64,000 bases of DNA. Origin: Octopus sinensis (taxonomy: Eukaryota). The position numbers and the translations under genes were made by a program. Shown piece by piece: positions 12,130 to 27,019 of this stretch (its first letter is position 1; each line of letters starts with the position of its first letter). The notes under the pieces are model-generated. The model saw only the letters and a program-made list of their open reading frames with translations, was not told the DNA's origin and searched no databases. Location: assembly GCF_006345805.1 (NCBI RefSeq), contig NC_043005.1:46996001-47060000 (forward strand), in the 5' to 3' direction.

Positions 12130-12830
12130 CCTACATTCACCTAACTATTCACTGTGTTCACAAAAGGGACCCACTCTGATATTTGAAACCACACACTACA
12201 TTGTGTTTCGTTCCAAGAAAAGCCATCTCTCAAACCCTGCATACTATCGCCATGCTGCATTTTTAATATCTTTAATGTAATGGCAGCAACCATTAACCAT
12301 GATGGCTTCTGCCATTTTGAACCTCGCTCTCTCGCGCGTGCACGTGCTTTCTCGATGACTAAAATCAGATCTCCTGGTGATCTACTGTCCTCCACAAACA
12401 CACGTGGGATTTTAATTGAAGATATTTGTTGAATGAATGCTGTTATCAATTTCCTCGAAGCTTTTGACTATGAATCTCCAGTCGAATCTGTCCACGAATA
12501 TGTTCAACCAGTCTCTGGTTGTCTTGCATCAGTAGTTTTCTATCAGATCGTGTGTTGACGGAGCTCTTTATTTCTCATATTCTATCAACTTTGGTCTACC
12601 CCAGGGTTTGGCTTTATTTCCCACTCTCTTCTTTCTATATTTAAACGACTAACTTGTCCCATCTAGCAACACCCATTTTACGCAGATGACCCCATCTTTC
12701 ATTTCTCCTTTATACTCCTGAACCATGCATTATCTACTCGTAACCTAGACACCACACGTCAAACCCACACAGACTCCATGAATAGTTATCTCGAAAGATT
12801 CTTCCAGTAGAAATGTGCTTCCAAACTAAA
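12130..12830 (+). pseudogene. Decayed non-LTR reverse transcriptase (CR1/L2-like)
   Basis: EAFD, FGLPQGLALFPTLFFLYLND (about 12590-12650) and FYADD (about 12676-12690) in RT motif order, with many stops. Confidence 0.7.
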
Positions 12831-15579
12831 CCTAAACATGACATAAAGCAATTTCAGATACGCGTTAAAACTCTATTTTTTCAGACAAAACTAAAAGTCT
12901 ATATATCAACAAAAAAGCCATTTCATTAATGACTTCAGGACAATATCATTAAGTCAATCTAGGTAAAAACAAGCAGCGATATGAAAATTAATATGTAGAA
13001 AATAAACGAAAATAAAACCAAAGAAAGAAAGAAATATCTGATTGATTCTATTCAGTTTTACAATCATGGAATCTAATCACGAATGTGAGATTGAGGAAAT
13101 TATTTATTTTCTGAATATCCAATAAGATCTTTTCTGTTAAAAACTGTTTATTCATAAAACATAGAATTGTCTCAAGAACCAAGTTTCTTCAGTGAATGGA
13201 AATAAAGCTGTCATTGAATAATTCAGGAAAATTGAAAGAAATGAACGCAAGATTTGGTTAAACTATTGTTTCTGACTTTATATAGATTGAGTAGCTTGAG
13301 TTATGAAAATTAGTATTCTGCAAGTCATAAAAAATGATGCGAATATTAATACTCTAGACACATTTAATGAATCCTTAATACTTATGAATTAAGGATGTAT
13401 ATACACGCGATGCAACCAAACCAAGATAAATACTGTCAAGTTCAAAGAATGTATCATAAAAATAAATGATTAAAATTAAGGTAAAAATTTACTAGGCTTC
13501 AGAGTTTATTATATGATTTAAACATTCATTATTTCATTGTGGGGTGCACCTTGCATATTGGCTAGCATAGGTTGTAAGTCTCTCTCATGGACTTGATAGT
13601 AGTTCTGTCCTTGAGAAATCCATTTCAATTCACATCTCTTTAGAGGACTCTGCTGCAAACGACTACCCGAAGTTGGTCCTTAGATGATTGGTTTCCCATT
13701 TTAGGTTGACGGGGCTCTTATCTTTTCAGCCTATATACCTTCAAGATCCAAATATAATCCCGTTTCATGGGCAGACGTTAGATTTAATACTTTGTAGTCG
13801 CATCTCCTATGATATGGCATCAATCAAATCTGAGTGGATGTAACTCAGTGACTGTTTCGCATTACACTACGCTATTTGCCACGCATTGTGCGATAGTTTA
13901 CTCCTTTTTAATTGCATAAAAGTTTCGTTACAACGAGAGGAACGCAATATATTTTGATAATACTTTGAAATATTAGCCAACAAGGTAACCTCAGGGCGAG
14001 GATCTGACATCACCCACGTTGCAACAAAATATTTTTTCAACAAACTCCGATCAGTTCTACCACGAATAAAGTGAGGAGACTCATGGTTGTCTTTGTCGTG
14101 TGCATCGTTTCTTAACTAATATCAAAATAATTAGAACCATCTCAAAATAATATCATAGATAACCTGATTTGTATTGAACACTGATAACCTGTCAATAACA
14201 TTTTTGCTAGCATCGCTTCTTGTAGACCACAAGTTACTAACCACCTTTGCGATGAAAGTATTCGCCATAACCATTTGCAGTAAATAAGAAATTTAGGGTA
14301 TTTATTATTTTCGAAGGATTAAACATCAATTTTTCCCACTGTATACTGTCTAATCTTTACAGCTAATGTGTTTTCAACGTCTGTTTGATATTTGAATGAC
14401 TCTTTCATTACTTTCTAGGTCTTTTCCATTATAACACTATACTGTATTTTGATTGTGGAAATACTTTAAGATAAACTTAAATTGTTACTTACCATTTTCT
14501 CCTTGTTATTTTTAGTTTTTGATAATTCTCAGAGTAAACTTTCGATTATGTTAACACGTGTTTTAATTAGCAGTCTTTAAGCAATGACGCTCATAATAAT
14601 AAAATCTGAAATTAAGGCTGCAGATCTTATTAAAAATAAAAGCAAACCTAACAAGGGTAAAATCAATGCATATTGGCTGCTATGATTGATATAATAATGC
14701 GGATTTTTGTTGAACAACGTCAACAGTATGGTGTAGAGTTCTGACCAGTGGTGCATGGTGGTCGTTGTATTGGGTGCGCTGCCACACCCAATGCCACCAA
14801 ATTTCAAGCAGGGGTATAACAAAAGTTTTCCATTAAGATCTGTGATAAATTAATGAGTAAGGTTAATATTTAAAATGAACTTGCTATTTTCGATGGGTGT
14901 GCGCTGCACACCTAGCACACCCAAAATATTCGCCCTTGGTTGTTTTAAACTTTTTTTTTTGCACTTTCTGAAATATATAAGAGCTTTTCATATATTGAAT
15001 TCTTATTGGATTTAAGTTGGAATATCAACTCTATTAAAATTTATCAATCACAACTTTACACCCGACATCATATTTATTATCATATCTTCGTTAATTTAGT
15101 TTATATTTATATGAACCTGCTTGTAAAGTAAGTTCCTAAAGTTTCTGAAAGTAAATTTTTACTCTTCAATAGAATTTGGTCGGACGTAATCTACTGCATT
15201 GTTATCTATTATACAATAGCTTATACTCTTGCAAAATACTCTGAATGACATCCGTTATACAAGCGCTAGACATCCGTTTGTATAACGAAAAGCATGTTGG
15301 GTACAATCTGGCGAAATTAAAATTCTGAAAGATAGCTGAAACGACATATTGTATCCTTCCAAAATCTAAATTGAAATGCATTTCATTCTAAATTTGACTA
15401 CGTAATCATAGTTCATCTCAAAGACAGCTCGAAGTATTAAAATTGAAACATTTTGCTTGTTGACAGCGCATCAATATGGGCATATAATGTTGACTCATAT
15501 CATAATAACTATTACTGTGTTATTGAATCATTTCGAAATGAAACGTAGAGAATCTAGACTAGTGTTGTTGTTGCTGTTG

Positions 15580-16120
15580 CTTTTGCTAGTATTATTTCTT
15601 CAATAGTCTTATTTTTATTGCATGTTTTAATTGCGCTTCCGAGACAGTGCTGTGTACATAGTGTTTTCTGGTGTACTACGTAAGATATGTGCTGTGCCTA
15701 GCATTTATTTTCTGCATGTTGTGTATATGTGTAAGCCACAGAGTTTTGGCTATGTATTTATCTACATTTCTTTCAATCATTTCCAACGCACTGTTTATAA
15801 TAAAGTTTGATTAGCTTCTGTTTTAAGTTCCCACATACTGGGATCTTTATGTTTGGATAATTTTCTATTTCATTTCGTGATGCTTTGTCGGATTTTGAGA
15901 CTGATGCCTCGGTGAGAAAGCATTTCCTTTCCTGGTAGTCCTTGACAACAATATCCGGTTGAAAACCCATCATCATACGGCCTATGTGACGTTACATATC
16001 GATGAGTATGGCCGCTTTGTTATTCTTTGTAATTCTGTTCTGGTGTATAACTATCGCGCCTCATAATTTAGTCCCCGTTAGTACTTTGTTCTCGTCCGGG
16101 ATCATTCCCTCCCCAATTTC
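15580..16120 (-). pseudogene. R4/Dong-type non-LTR retrotransposon 3' relic (restriction-like endonuclease)
   Basis: PDIVVKDYQERKCFLTEAS, ALEMIERNVDKYI and LGTAHILR on the minus strand across frameshifts. Confidence 0.75.
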
Positions 16121-16215
16121 GTAATTTCTTAACTTTCTTGCGACTTGTATACATTTTATGTTTTTCTAGTTTTTGATAAAATCATTTCAGTCTGGATTCT
16201 TTCAAAGAACCGAAG

Positions 16216-16632
16216 GGCGGCGAGCTGGCAGAAACGTTAGCACGCCGGGCGAAATGCCTAGTCGTATTTCGTCTGCCGTTACGTTCTGAGTTCAAATTCC
16301 GCCGCAGTCGACTTTGCTTTTCATCCTTTCGGGGTCAATAAATTAAGTACCAGTTACGCACTGGGGTCGATATAATCGACTTAATTCGTTTGTCTGTCTT
16401 TGTTTGCCCCCTCTGTGTTTAGCCCCATGTGGGTAGTAAAGAAACAGGTATTTTGTCTGTCGTTACGTTTTGTGTTCAAATTCCACCGAGGTTGACTTTA
16501 CCTTTTATCCTTTCGGGGTCGATTAAATAAGTAGCAGTTACGCACTGGGGTAGATATAATTGACTTAATCCATTTGTCTGTCCTTGTTTGTCCCCTCTGT
16601 GTGAGGCCCCTTGTGGGCAGTAAAGACATAAG
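16216..16632 (+). mobile_element. SINE family A dimer (full unit plus headless second unit)
   Basis: About 185-bp body repeated from 16448; flanks AAGAACCG and AAGAATCG. Confidence 0.9.
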
Positions 16633-17491
16633 AATCGTTTTCATATTTCTCAACATAAAATTCTTTACAATTTAATGAGGATTTCTTTTTGAAAGCATTT
16701 TCATTTGCATCATTTGCATCGCAATTGATACCATTTAGTATTAAGACATATTTCTTTTATTGTTCCATTCTTGCATGATTTTCAGGTTATTTACTGGTGT
16801 TTTCATATTCACATATGAGTAGATCTTAAGGATTACTCACTACTGTGCCTGCTGCATTATATTATTTTGTTTAACCTGCAGACATTGATATTCGTGTATA
16901 CTTTAATTAAAGTTGCGATGGCAAGGCTTGCGAATCTTGAATGTTGTTATTTTATCATTGAGTTCTTTTTTTTTATTTTTAGAAATTACTTTTGTTGGTT
17001 TCTAGAAAGTTCTATTGATTCTAATTCTGAATTTACTTGAAGCTTTCAATTATTTTCATCCATTCTTAGCTTTTCCTATTCTTAAATCTTCCTCACACTC
17101 AACTTTTTCTCCGCTTTTACCCATAATGATGCGTGTTGATCTCATTCGGCTTGTTGTTGGCTAGTTTTCTGAAACGTTCCTAAGGTTTATTTTGTTATAT
17201 TTTGCTATTTGTTTTGTTTGCTTCCCAAGTAAAAGACATATCTTTTTAGTTTATGTTCTGACCGTCTTGCGTTTTGTTTGTTTTTGAAATGAACATTTTT
17301 TTCTCCAAATTGCTGTATTTTGATATCTGATATTTTGGGACTGCAATAGTGTATTACGTTTTATATTGCCATTTTCATCCAAGGATATTTCATTTGTAAA
17401 TAGAATGCGGTAGTAAGTTACGTCTGAAGAATAAAAATATACTATCTCCCCGTGAAATATGTCTTAATACTGAATGGTATCAATTGCGATT

Positions 17492-17740
17492 CTTATGTCT
17501 TTACTGCCCACAAGGGGCCTCACACAGTGGGGACAAACAAGGACAGACAAATGGATTAAGTCAATTATATCTACCCCAGTGCGTAACTGCTACTTATTTA
17601 ATCGACCCCGAAAGGATAAAAGGCAAAGTCGACCTCGGCGGAATTTGAACTCAGAACGTAACGACAGACAAAATACCTATTTCTTTACTACCCACAAGGG
17701 GCTAAACACGGAGGGGACAAACAAGGACAGACAAACGAAT
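17492..17740 (-). mobile_element. SINE family A partial dimer
   Basis: Tail of one unit joined at 17671-17685 to a headless body. Confidence 0.85.
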
Positions 17741-18149
17741 TTTCAGTTTTATTTTGAAGATTTGGGTGGAGTACATTAATTAGATTGTACTCATTTTCAT
17801 TATGTACAGGTTTGTTAGTTCTTGGCGATTTTAAGCTTTGCAAGCTTCATTTTCCGTACTTTCATTGCCTGAATTATAAAGTACGCAATTTCGCTTTATC
17901 CATAAGCTAGAGATATAATTTCATTTCTATTGAGTTTGATTTTCTTTGCGAGGACGCTGAATAGGTGTGTTACTAATAATTACATGTCTTCTTTAATATT
18001 TTTTTTACGTATGGTATCTGAATTCCATCCAGTACGAAGGTTTGTAATACATAAATTATATCCGATAAAGTTTAATGAATTATACAAAGGGATCTATGCA
18101 TATTTATACTATAATCCATCAAACTACGTCGTTAGTAGTTAATTACAGT

Positions 18150-18260
18150 CAAAGCATAAACCACAGCACATACCCAAGACACACAGAGCTGCGCTCGGTA
18201 GTGAAGTGAAAGCACGCTATAAAAATAAAACTACTGAATAATAATAATAATAATAATAAT
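18150..18260 (+). mobile_element. Probable 3' UTR of a (TAA)n-tailed non-LTR element
   Basis: Short non-SINE segment ending AATAAAACTACTG then (AAT)n. Confidence 0.45.
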
Positions 18261-18277
18261 TATTATTATTATTATAA

Positions 18278-18830
18278 AGCAAAATGCTGACTGGCATTTC
18301 GTTCATCCTTACGTTCTGAGTTCAAATTCCGCCGAGGTCGACTTTGCTTTTCATCCTTTCTGAGTCGATGAAATAAGTACCAGTGAAACACTGGGGTCCA
18401 TGTACTCGACTAGTCCACTTCCTCATAGCTTCAGGTCTTGTGCCTATAGTAGAAAGGATTATTATTACTATTATACGCATAGGAGCAAGCGTGACTGTGT
18501 GGTAAGAAGCTTGCTTCCCCACCTCATGTTTCCGGATCCAGTCTCACTGCGTGGCACCTTGGGCAAGTGTCTTCTAGTATAGCCTCGATCCGACCAAAGC
18601 CTTGGCCATATATATATATATGTTTGTGTGTCTGTGTTTGTCCCCCCCCCCACCATCGCATTGCAACCGATGCCGTAACTTAGCGGTTCGGCAAAACAGA
18701 CCGATAGAATATGTACTAGTCTTACACAGAATAAGTTATGGGATCGATTTGTTCGACTAAAGGCAGTACTCCAGCATGGCCGCAGTCAAATGACTGAAAC
18801 AAATATAAGAATAAAAGAAAAAAGAAAAGA
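18278..18830 (+). mobile_element. SINE family A (5'-truncated) followed by SINE family B
   Basis: A body 18278-18470; B 18478-18830 with core and GACTGAAAC tail. Confidence 0.85.
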
Positions 18831-21800
18831 ATACATTCACATACATACACACACACACACATATATATATACAGGCACACACATACATATTTGTAGGCAT
18901 ATATGTATATGTATACATACACGCACATGCATGTTAACCCTCATACATAAATAGATAGTTGATTTCGATGATGAATATTCATTTGTTCGAAAGAGTTGAA
19001 TTACCTACTTGAATTGATATGCAAATTGGATGAATGACCGATCTACAGTCACTTTCTTCTTGTGTACTTCACGGAGAAAATGAGTGACACAACGTCTAAA
19101 AGTTCAGTCTTTGAAATATACGTATATTCTATTCGACGAGTCAAAAAAGGGATTTCCTATGCCCAGTTCAATGTACTCGGTTTGGGGTGGTCAAAGACTA
19201 TGTGAAAATAGACTTGTTTAATGAGTCACACGATGAGATCGAACTCATAACATTGAGATTTAGAAGTGATCTACTTAACACGTGATCAACCTGGTATACA
19301 AGCACACACACGCACACACATACACAGCATGTATACACGTGTGTATGCATGCGTGCATATATATTTATGTATATGAATACCTCAATGATATGTATACATA
19401 CAGACGTAGCGGCTCCAAAATTTAAATAACTCGACAGTGTTGCAGACAAAGTACATAAGATTTACACATTCAAACTTTCGTACAAGGCGCACCATATTTC
19501 AACTAGTGGAGTATCTATAAATATAGAGTAAGGGAGAACGAGAGAGAGTGAAAGAAAGGCAGGGAGATAAAAAGAGAGAGAGAGAGATACTGACAGAAAC
19601 AGAGACAGAGTGAGGCAGAGTGGGAAAGAAAAATGAAAACGATATCAGCATTTTTGTACAAATAGATTATTGATTTCTTTACATGCAAGGTCTTTGTATT
19701 GCCAAGGAAATCAGTTCGATCAAGTAATTACGCACTGGTAGATTTACTATGTTTAAGTTTATCACTGTATGAACCAGAACAATAAGGATCTGCATATGGT
19801 AACATAAAATATTTGGTCCACGTCTCCAGCTACTCTGCCAACTCCATGGCACGTATAAAAGAAACCATTGAACACAAACCGAAAGAAATAATCCGTATGG
19901 AATAATCAGTGTAACTTAATATTGCGAGTATATTGACCATATTATTTTTCAACCAGGAACATTTGTAAATCGTATGAAAAAGTTCATAAATCATCAACAA
20001 CCAACACATAATTGACGTTTATTTTCTCCTTTATGTATCATTCTATCTGTTTTCTATGTAAAACATAGTTATGGAGAAGACTTCCAAAGAGAGAGAGAGA
20101 AAAAAGTACCTGTTTTCCTTTTGTTTGTTTTTACCCCGAGCAAGAAATATTTTGTGTGTATTTAGCTAGCAACAAATATTCCAATTAACGTACAGCTTGA
20201 ATACGCTCTAAAGCTGGCCATACAATCATTAATTATTTGGCAAAAGAATTTCAAAGTTCGTTCATGATATTTAGACTCTTAAAAACAACATAACCGATCG
20301 TGAAAACCTTGTGTATTCACAGGCGCAGTTTTTATAATCTATTTGTGACTGGTCTTTAAATGAGATGCTTTTTCCCAACAGAATATACTTTATTGGATGC
20401 ACGTTTCATTACATCCGAAATAGTTGCCAAAATAAAACACCACACACCAGCGTGCTCGTGAGTACACCTACATTTGTGCACACATAATCACGATATGTAT
20501 GTATATTTGTATGCATGTGTGTAAGTATCTTTATATATGTATTTCTGTGTCTGTATATACATATATTAAAATACGTGCATGGCAACATACCTATTCACAT
20601 ACCTTATACGCACATATAGACACACACACATAATACATGATGCCGCGTTAAATTCCTTGTTTGCAATGTATATCATTTCGTGAAAAACGAAGAGAGAAAC
20701 ATATATATATGTGTGTGTGTGTGTGTATGTATATAAGGAATTTTTAGTAGACATCCAAAGCTAAAGCACTAATTAATTGCGTTATTATAAACGTACTTAT
20801 TTTCAAGTGATAACAATCAAAATATTTATGTTACGTTAAATTCTACCCCAAGGTAAGAAACAGCATTCTCGATCAACTGTTATTTATTTTACTAGAAGTT
20901 AAAGAGAAAAAGGAAAGAGATGGAGAAAGACTAGTTGAATGAGAGAGAGAGAAAGAGAGAGAGAGAGAGCGATAAAAATATGTGGAAACATAGGTGAGAG
21001 ACTCAAACTTCCCACTATCGAATGTTCTGTTCGATACCAGAGCAGTGTGTGGCTGGCTGTCTTGTTTCGCTCGAAGAAATCTATAGTAATTTTATTTTCT
21101 TTAACCCTGTCATGTTCAGTTTTAAATCTTATCTCTCTGCTAACTCTTTTATTGATAAAATGTTTCATGGTGTGATTCACTCGGGAAGAAAGAAGATAGT
21201 GTTGGCAATTAGAGCTGATGGCGTTTTGTATGAATGACCGAAAGAAATCGATAGGTTTGTGAACAGAAAAGAAGTAAAACCGCTTGGTGTATGTGTATAA
21301 TGATTGCTTGTGTATGTGAGTGAGAATGTTTGTGAGTGTGTGTATATGCGTGTGTGATTGTATGTGCTCTGGTCAATGTTTTGGCAGCATTCTATTGGCT
21401 GAAGGCCATTACTGGGAATAGGTTTTTCTATCTAACTAGCCCTTAACATACTAACACGCTCTCAGCCTTTTCTTGATAACGTTACATCAACTTTAATGTC
21501 CAGAAATGTTAAGTTAAAACATTGCGTATATCTAAAGAAAAATCATTTTCCAACAAAGGAAGAAATATGAATTTTCTATCCGACAAGATTAAAAGTTATA
21601 TGAAGTGAAATTTATTTTCATCGAATTTTTCACCTTTTCGTCACTTGTGTATCACACCTAGGGCGTCATAATATTAATACTTCAGCTTAAATGCAAAAAT
21701 AGACATAACTCAGCTTCTTGATCCAAAAGAAACTACACTGAGCAGAAACAGTAGCGCAGTGCTGGTTTTATAAATATATTACATCACTTTCCTTCTCTGC

Positions 21801-22009
21801 TTTGTAGTGACTACATTACAATATTTAAACTAGAGTTAGTTAATGAAATAATAATTATAGATGATACAGTAAAATAATTAAATTGTTTTTTTTTTTTTGT
21901 CAATACTTACAGATTTCCATAATCAAACTAAGTGTATAAACAGTCACAAAGATCAGGTGAAAGACAATGTAAAGTTGTTAATGTTATGAATCCTTAACGA
22001 CATGGATAA

Positions 22010-22210
22010 CTTTACATTCTGAGTTCAAATTCCGCCGTGGTAAACCTCGTCTTTCGCCTACCAGAGTCGATAACATAATATTCTTTTCTAGTTCAAGCAA
22101 AAAGCCCGAATTTTTCGGGGAGGTGGCCAGTCTATTAGATCGACCCCAGTACGCAACTGGTACTTATTTTATCGACCCCGAAAGGGTGATAGGCAAAGTC
22201 GACCTCGGTC
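22010..22210. mobile_element. SINE family A fragments on both strands
   Basis: GAGTTCAAATTCCGCC on plus; TTATCGACCCCGAAAGG...GGCAAAGTCGACCTCGG is the minus-strand body. Confidence 0.75.
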
Positions 22211-22214
22211 GACC

Positions 22215-22900
22215 TCTTTTGTGACTGTGTCAACATCCAACACCACTAAATGTGAGGACTTCAGTTTCCCTTTCTGGAAAGTGGCCTTGCCACATTTATC
22301 AAAACCAAATTCCATCCTAATGTCGTCACTGAATGCTTTCACTGTACATAGTACTCGTTCAAGTTCATTATCGTCTTTGCCATACAGTTTTAAGCTATCC
22401 ATATAAAACAGATGACTTATTTTCTTGTCGCCAATTTTATATCTGTTGAGTTCGCTTGTAAGGGATACTTGGGCTATACAGAAAATTAGAGGTGAAAGTG
22501 AGTCCCAGTGGAAAATGCCACAGTTGATATTAATAATTTTTGTGGTCAGTACTCCATTAGAGTGGTATTATTGGAGATTTGTGTTCGACATTGACATGTT
22601 GTGCTTCAGGAAAGTTGAAATCACTGGAGAAATTTTGAAGACATCCAGCGATTTCAAGATCCATGAATGTGGAATGCTGTCGAAAGCCTTTTTATAATCA
22701 ATCCATGCAGAACTGAGATTTCTGCGTTTGTTATGACGGTTCTCAAGGATCATGCGATTGATTAATAGTTGCTCTTTGTATCCACATGAGCCTCATCGGC
22801 ATCCATCTTGTTCAGTGGGAAAAATATCGTTCTGTTCCATAAATTCGTATGTTTTCTCCACGAGGACGGATGTTAAAATTTTATACGTGGTAGATAGACG
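22215..22900 (-). pseudogene. R4/Dong-type reverse transcriptase fragment
   Basis: LSTTYKILTSVL, KEQLLINRMILEN...NLSSAWIDYKKAFDSIPHSW and HLFYMDSLKLYGK...MEFGFDKC; 5' end abuts a TAA-type repeat. Confidence 0.88.
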
Positions 22901-24214
22901 TATTATTATTATTATTATTATTATTGCTGCTGCTGCTGTTGTTGTTGTTGTTGTTGTTGTGTTGTTGTTATTATTATTATCTGCAAATACATTTGTTTCA
23001 AAATATATGACGTTTTAGAGTATTACAGGAAATTAAAGATTATAGAAAAAGGAAAACTGTGGAGCCAGTCCTAGCTCCAGTACTGAAGTACTTGTGTAAG
23101 TGACACGAGATACAGAATTCGAATTAAGCCTTTTAATTGGTTTAGAACAGATGTCTGTTCAACGATGTGGCTCAGAAACCCAATCCAATTTAGATGGAAT
23201 TAGACCATCATCCTTTCGGTAAAGGTTTCAAGTTACTAGCAATATATTTGAGTCTATCAATCATTATATAAAGCACACGTCTAATTAACAATGAACCTTC
23301 ATGCTTAATAATAATATAATTTCCATTGATAATTGATATAGTTGCTATATATTACTTTCAATCAATTAATCAACCAATCAATCAGTTAGTCAATCAGTCA
23401 ATATTTATCGATTTCCCATAATTGAGAAAACACAATCGGTTGCATGGCCTTTATTAATCACATGTATTCATCAATAAAGGATTACGTCTCCTGACCTCAG
23501 TGGAAACCCTTTCCGATATATAGTCATCCACACAGCAAGTCAACGAAACGGTCGTTATTTACACTTGGTTCCTGCTGCTTAGAGCAGTAAAACTACATCA
23601 CCATGTCGTTTCTATTTACAGTTAAATGGACTATGCCAGCATGAATTGGTGCCTTGGCCACCGAAACTATAAGCTGCCAGCGATAAACTACAAATCGTGT
23701 CACAGAAATTTATCGCTGTCAATGTGACAATATATATATATACACGGAATAAATGTATCAGTATCAGAAAGTAAATAGTAATATGTGTGTTATACAAAAT
23801 ATATATATGTGTTATATATATATAAAAAAGAAGACATTATCGGTATCCTTCTCGCTCAGCATGATTATCTCTTTTATAATCAATATATGTGTATTCGTAT
23901 CATATATATTACATATTGTGTGTTACAATACATCTGTGTTTCTGTATGTGTATGTATGAATATCTACATATGTGTGTACATGTGTGTGAATAAATATTGT
24001 AGTACACAGTCTGTATCCTTGAATTACAGATCTTTGTTCGCTTTTCTGCACGAAATGTTTAAAATGGTATTCGAGATTATTCTGTTTGTTTTCGATGTTC
24101 AACGTGAATTACGGACACGCAGAGATACGATCAACTGAGCCCTAACTTTCTTCAGGCGATAGATTTTTCCATATTTGTTGACTAACATTTAAAACTGAAA
24201 CTCAAGGGAAAAGG

Positions 24215-25122
24215 TTAGCTGACTTTACATTTTGGGGTTGATAAAATCAATATCAGTTGAGCACTGGGATTGAGGTAATCGACTTAATCTCAATCCTGAA
24301 ATTGTTAAGCTTGAGCCAAAATCTGAAGCCAATATCATTATGATATTAGGCAATAATCTTGCAGAATCGTTCCAGCTTTACTTTCCGAAGCCGACTTTCC
24401 GGGTAGATAAGATGAAGCACCAGTTAAGCCCTGGAATCGAAGCAATCGATTTAAACCCACTGCGAAATATTCAGGCCTTATGACTGCAGTTGAAGGAATT
24501 ATTATGAAAGGTGGCTTAACATGCCGGACAAAACGCTTAGTGGCATTTCGTCCGTCTTAGTGTTCTGATTTCTTATTCCACCACGGACCTATTTACCTTT
24601 GATCCTTTCAGAGTCGATAAAACAAGTACCAGTTGAGCACTGGGGTCGATGCAGATCGACTGTTCCCCTTCCCACAATTTCAGACCTTGTGCATATAGTA
24701 GAAAGGATTATTAAAGGCAGCATAGCACGCCGGACAAAATGCTTAGTAGTATTTCGTCCGTCTTTAAGTACTGATTTCAAATTTCACCGTGACCCACTTT
24801 GCATTTTTTCCTTTCGGTGTCGACGAAACAAGTACCAGTCATGTACTGGAATCGATGTAATGGATTGGCCTCTTCTTCCAAAATGTCAGGCCTAGCACGT
24901 CTATACCAAAAACACCTGAATCACGCGTCAAGCCTTTTCTTTTCTACTCTAGGCACAAGGCCCGAAATTTTTGGGGAGGGGGCCAGTCGATTAGATCGAC
25001 CCCAGTATGCAACTCGTACTTAACTTATCGACCTGGTTCTTAATTTATCGACCCAGAAAGGATGAAAGGCAAAGAGCTAGGTGGAATTTGAACTCAAAAT
25101 GTAAAGACAGACGAAATACCGA
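24215..25122. mobile_element. Cluster of about five SINE family A copies
   Basis: Four degenerate plus-strand bodies at 24215-24910 and one minus-strand copy at 24937-25122. Confidence 0.75.
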
Positions 25123-25254
25123 CAGGTCAAACCTGTTATTACAACTCTGATCGCCATCTTTTCCTCTCTGACTGTAACCACCACCCCACCACCACTATTA
25201 GCATATCAAGCATTACTTCTTTTCCTTCCACTTTTGGTTTCATCACAGCAAGTG

Positions 25255-25455
25255 AATAGTAGTAGTCGTCGTCGTAGTAGTAATAATAGTAGTAGTGGTA
25301 GCAGCAGCAGCAGCTACAGCGGCAACGGTAGTATTATTTATATTAACAAGAACAGTAGTAGTGGTGGTAGTGATAGACATAGATGTATTTAGTAGCAGCA
25401 ATTGTAGTTGCGGGTAGCAATAGTAGAAGCAGCGGCGGCAGCAGCAGCAGCGGCC
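25255..25455. repeat. Mixed (GTA)n/(GCA)n trinucleotide low-complexity tract
   Basis: Direct reading. Confidence 0.85.
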
Positions 25456-26017
25456 ACGACAGAGGTGGTTGTCCGTAAGAAGCAACATGATCGGAATCTG
25501 GTATGTGTGTTTTAACATCAAAAGTATTTTCTGCCGTGAACCAAACAGGAGAAAAAGAGTGTTTCAACCAGAAATTATCTATATCAAACATTTGGATAGA
25601 ATTTATATAGTTATTTTCTAATCTTTATTTTATGTATTCGTCTTATTTCTGTCCTTTGGGCCTTATTATTATTAAACCACTTCCTAAAGAGGTGTTTACA
25701 AAATCCCCGAAAGTACCCCTCCCTCTTACAAATGCACGCATTTTTTTTCAGTTGTTGTTATTGTTTTTATTGCCAAAGCACACGTTCTTAAATGATTTTT
25801 GTGTTTGTTTTTACAACAGGCCAGCTATTTAGATTTGCTGAAAGAACAACGATTTCCTATTTATTGTAAAAGAGAAGACATTATTTCCCTAAATTTATCC
25901 GCATCTTTTATTTATTATTTATTTATTTATCTATTTATGTTCTGGATTTGTTTTATGTTTCTGACTCTAATTCTGTACAGCACACAGATTTAGAAGCAAT
26001 CTGAATTCAGTAATTGC

Positions 26018-26053
<36 letters not shown>

Positions 26054-27019
26054 ATATATATACACATATATACGTAATACATACATATGTGTGTATACAT
26101 GCACATACATATGTGTGTATACATGCACACACATATATATATATATACGTAACACATGCAACTAGCCAAGAGCACAAAAGTGATTTGGCTATATACAAAA
26201 GAATTCTTTAGCCAATCCATCCAAAAATTGGTGCACACAAGCTTTTCTTTTCCAAATCTTAGCATTGATTTACCGAAAAAGAATGATGTAAATAGAATAG
26301 AAATCTAGTGATTTCGATATTTGAAATAAATTGATAAAATTAGGTGTCTGTGGTAAATTAGATTATAATAGACGGTTGGAGGCATTTAGGATTCCTGAGT
26401 AATTCAGAAAACTCCAAACGGTGTATCTAGTTTAGTTTGTTTTATTTATTCTTAGGTATGTTCAAGAGAATTGCCATTCTATCTTAATAGAAAACCGAAA
26501 CATTTTCTTATGGCTTAGGGACGGAAATCATGCGTTTACTGCCACGGTAAGAACATCTTATATGGTTGCTCGACCTGCTGTCAAAAGTAGTCAGTTCTCT
26601 CTCAAATTACTCTATACGGACTTGAAATGAGGCATAAAACAACAGGCAATACATTACTAGATACCCTACAAAGAGATAATAGTATCCCTAGATTCAAAAC
26701 TACTCAATACTGGCTAACCAGAGTCAAACAACGACAACGTCGTCTGCTTAGAGAAAACTAATGGGACATAACTCTTCTAGTCTTAAATTGAAAAATACCA
26801 ATAGTGGTTTTGCTGAGGTTTACGGCGTTGAAGTATGCAGGAAGCTTCATGAATTTACGAACAAACTTTAGCTTGCTATGAATGGAATATGACTTCATGT
26901 GACTTTAACTTAGTATGGGTTAAAATTCAAATTTCTCATTCCTCTTTAAAATGTTTTGAAAGGATCGATATGACTGCCTTTGTGATAGTCATGATGATGA
27001 GAAGGAGGTGGATGATAAT

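Noticed and set aside
14746-14938. Possible hAT MITE with GGGTG/CACCC subterminal motifs
   Set aside because: No matching TSD and termini too degenerate to support
25243-25591. Poly-Ala/Thr/Cys ORFs resembling a transcription-factor exon
   Set aside because: Decayed trinucleotide repeats; no recognisable domain or convincing splice pair
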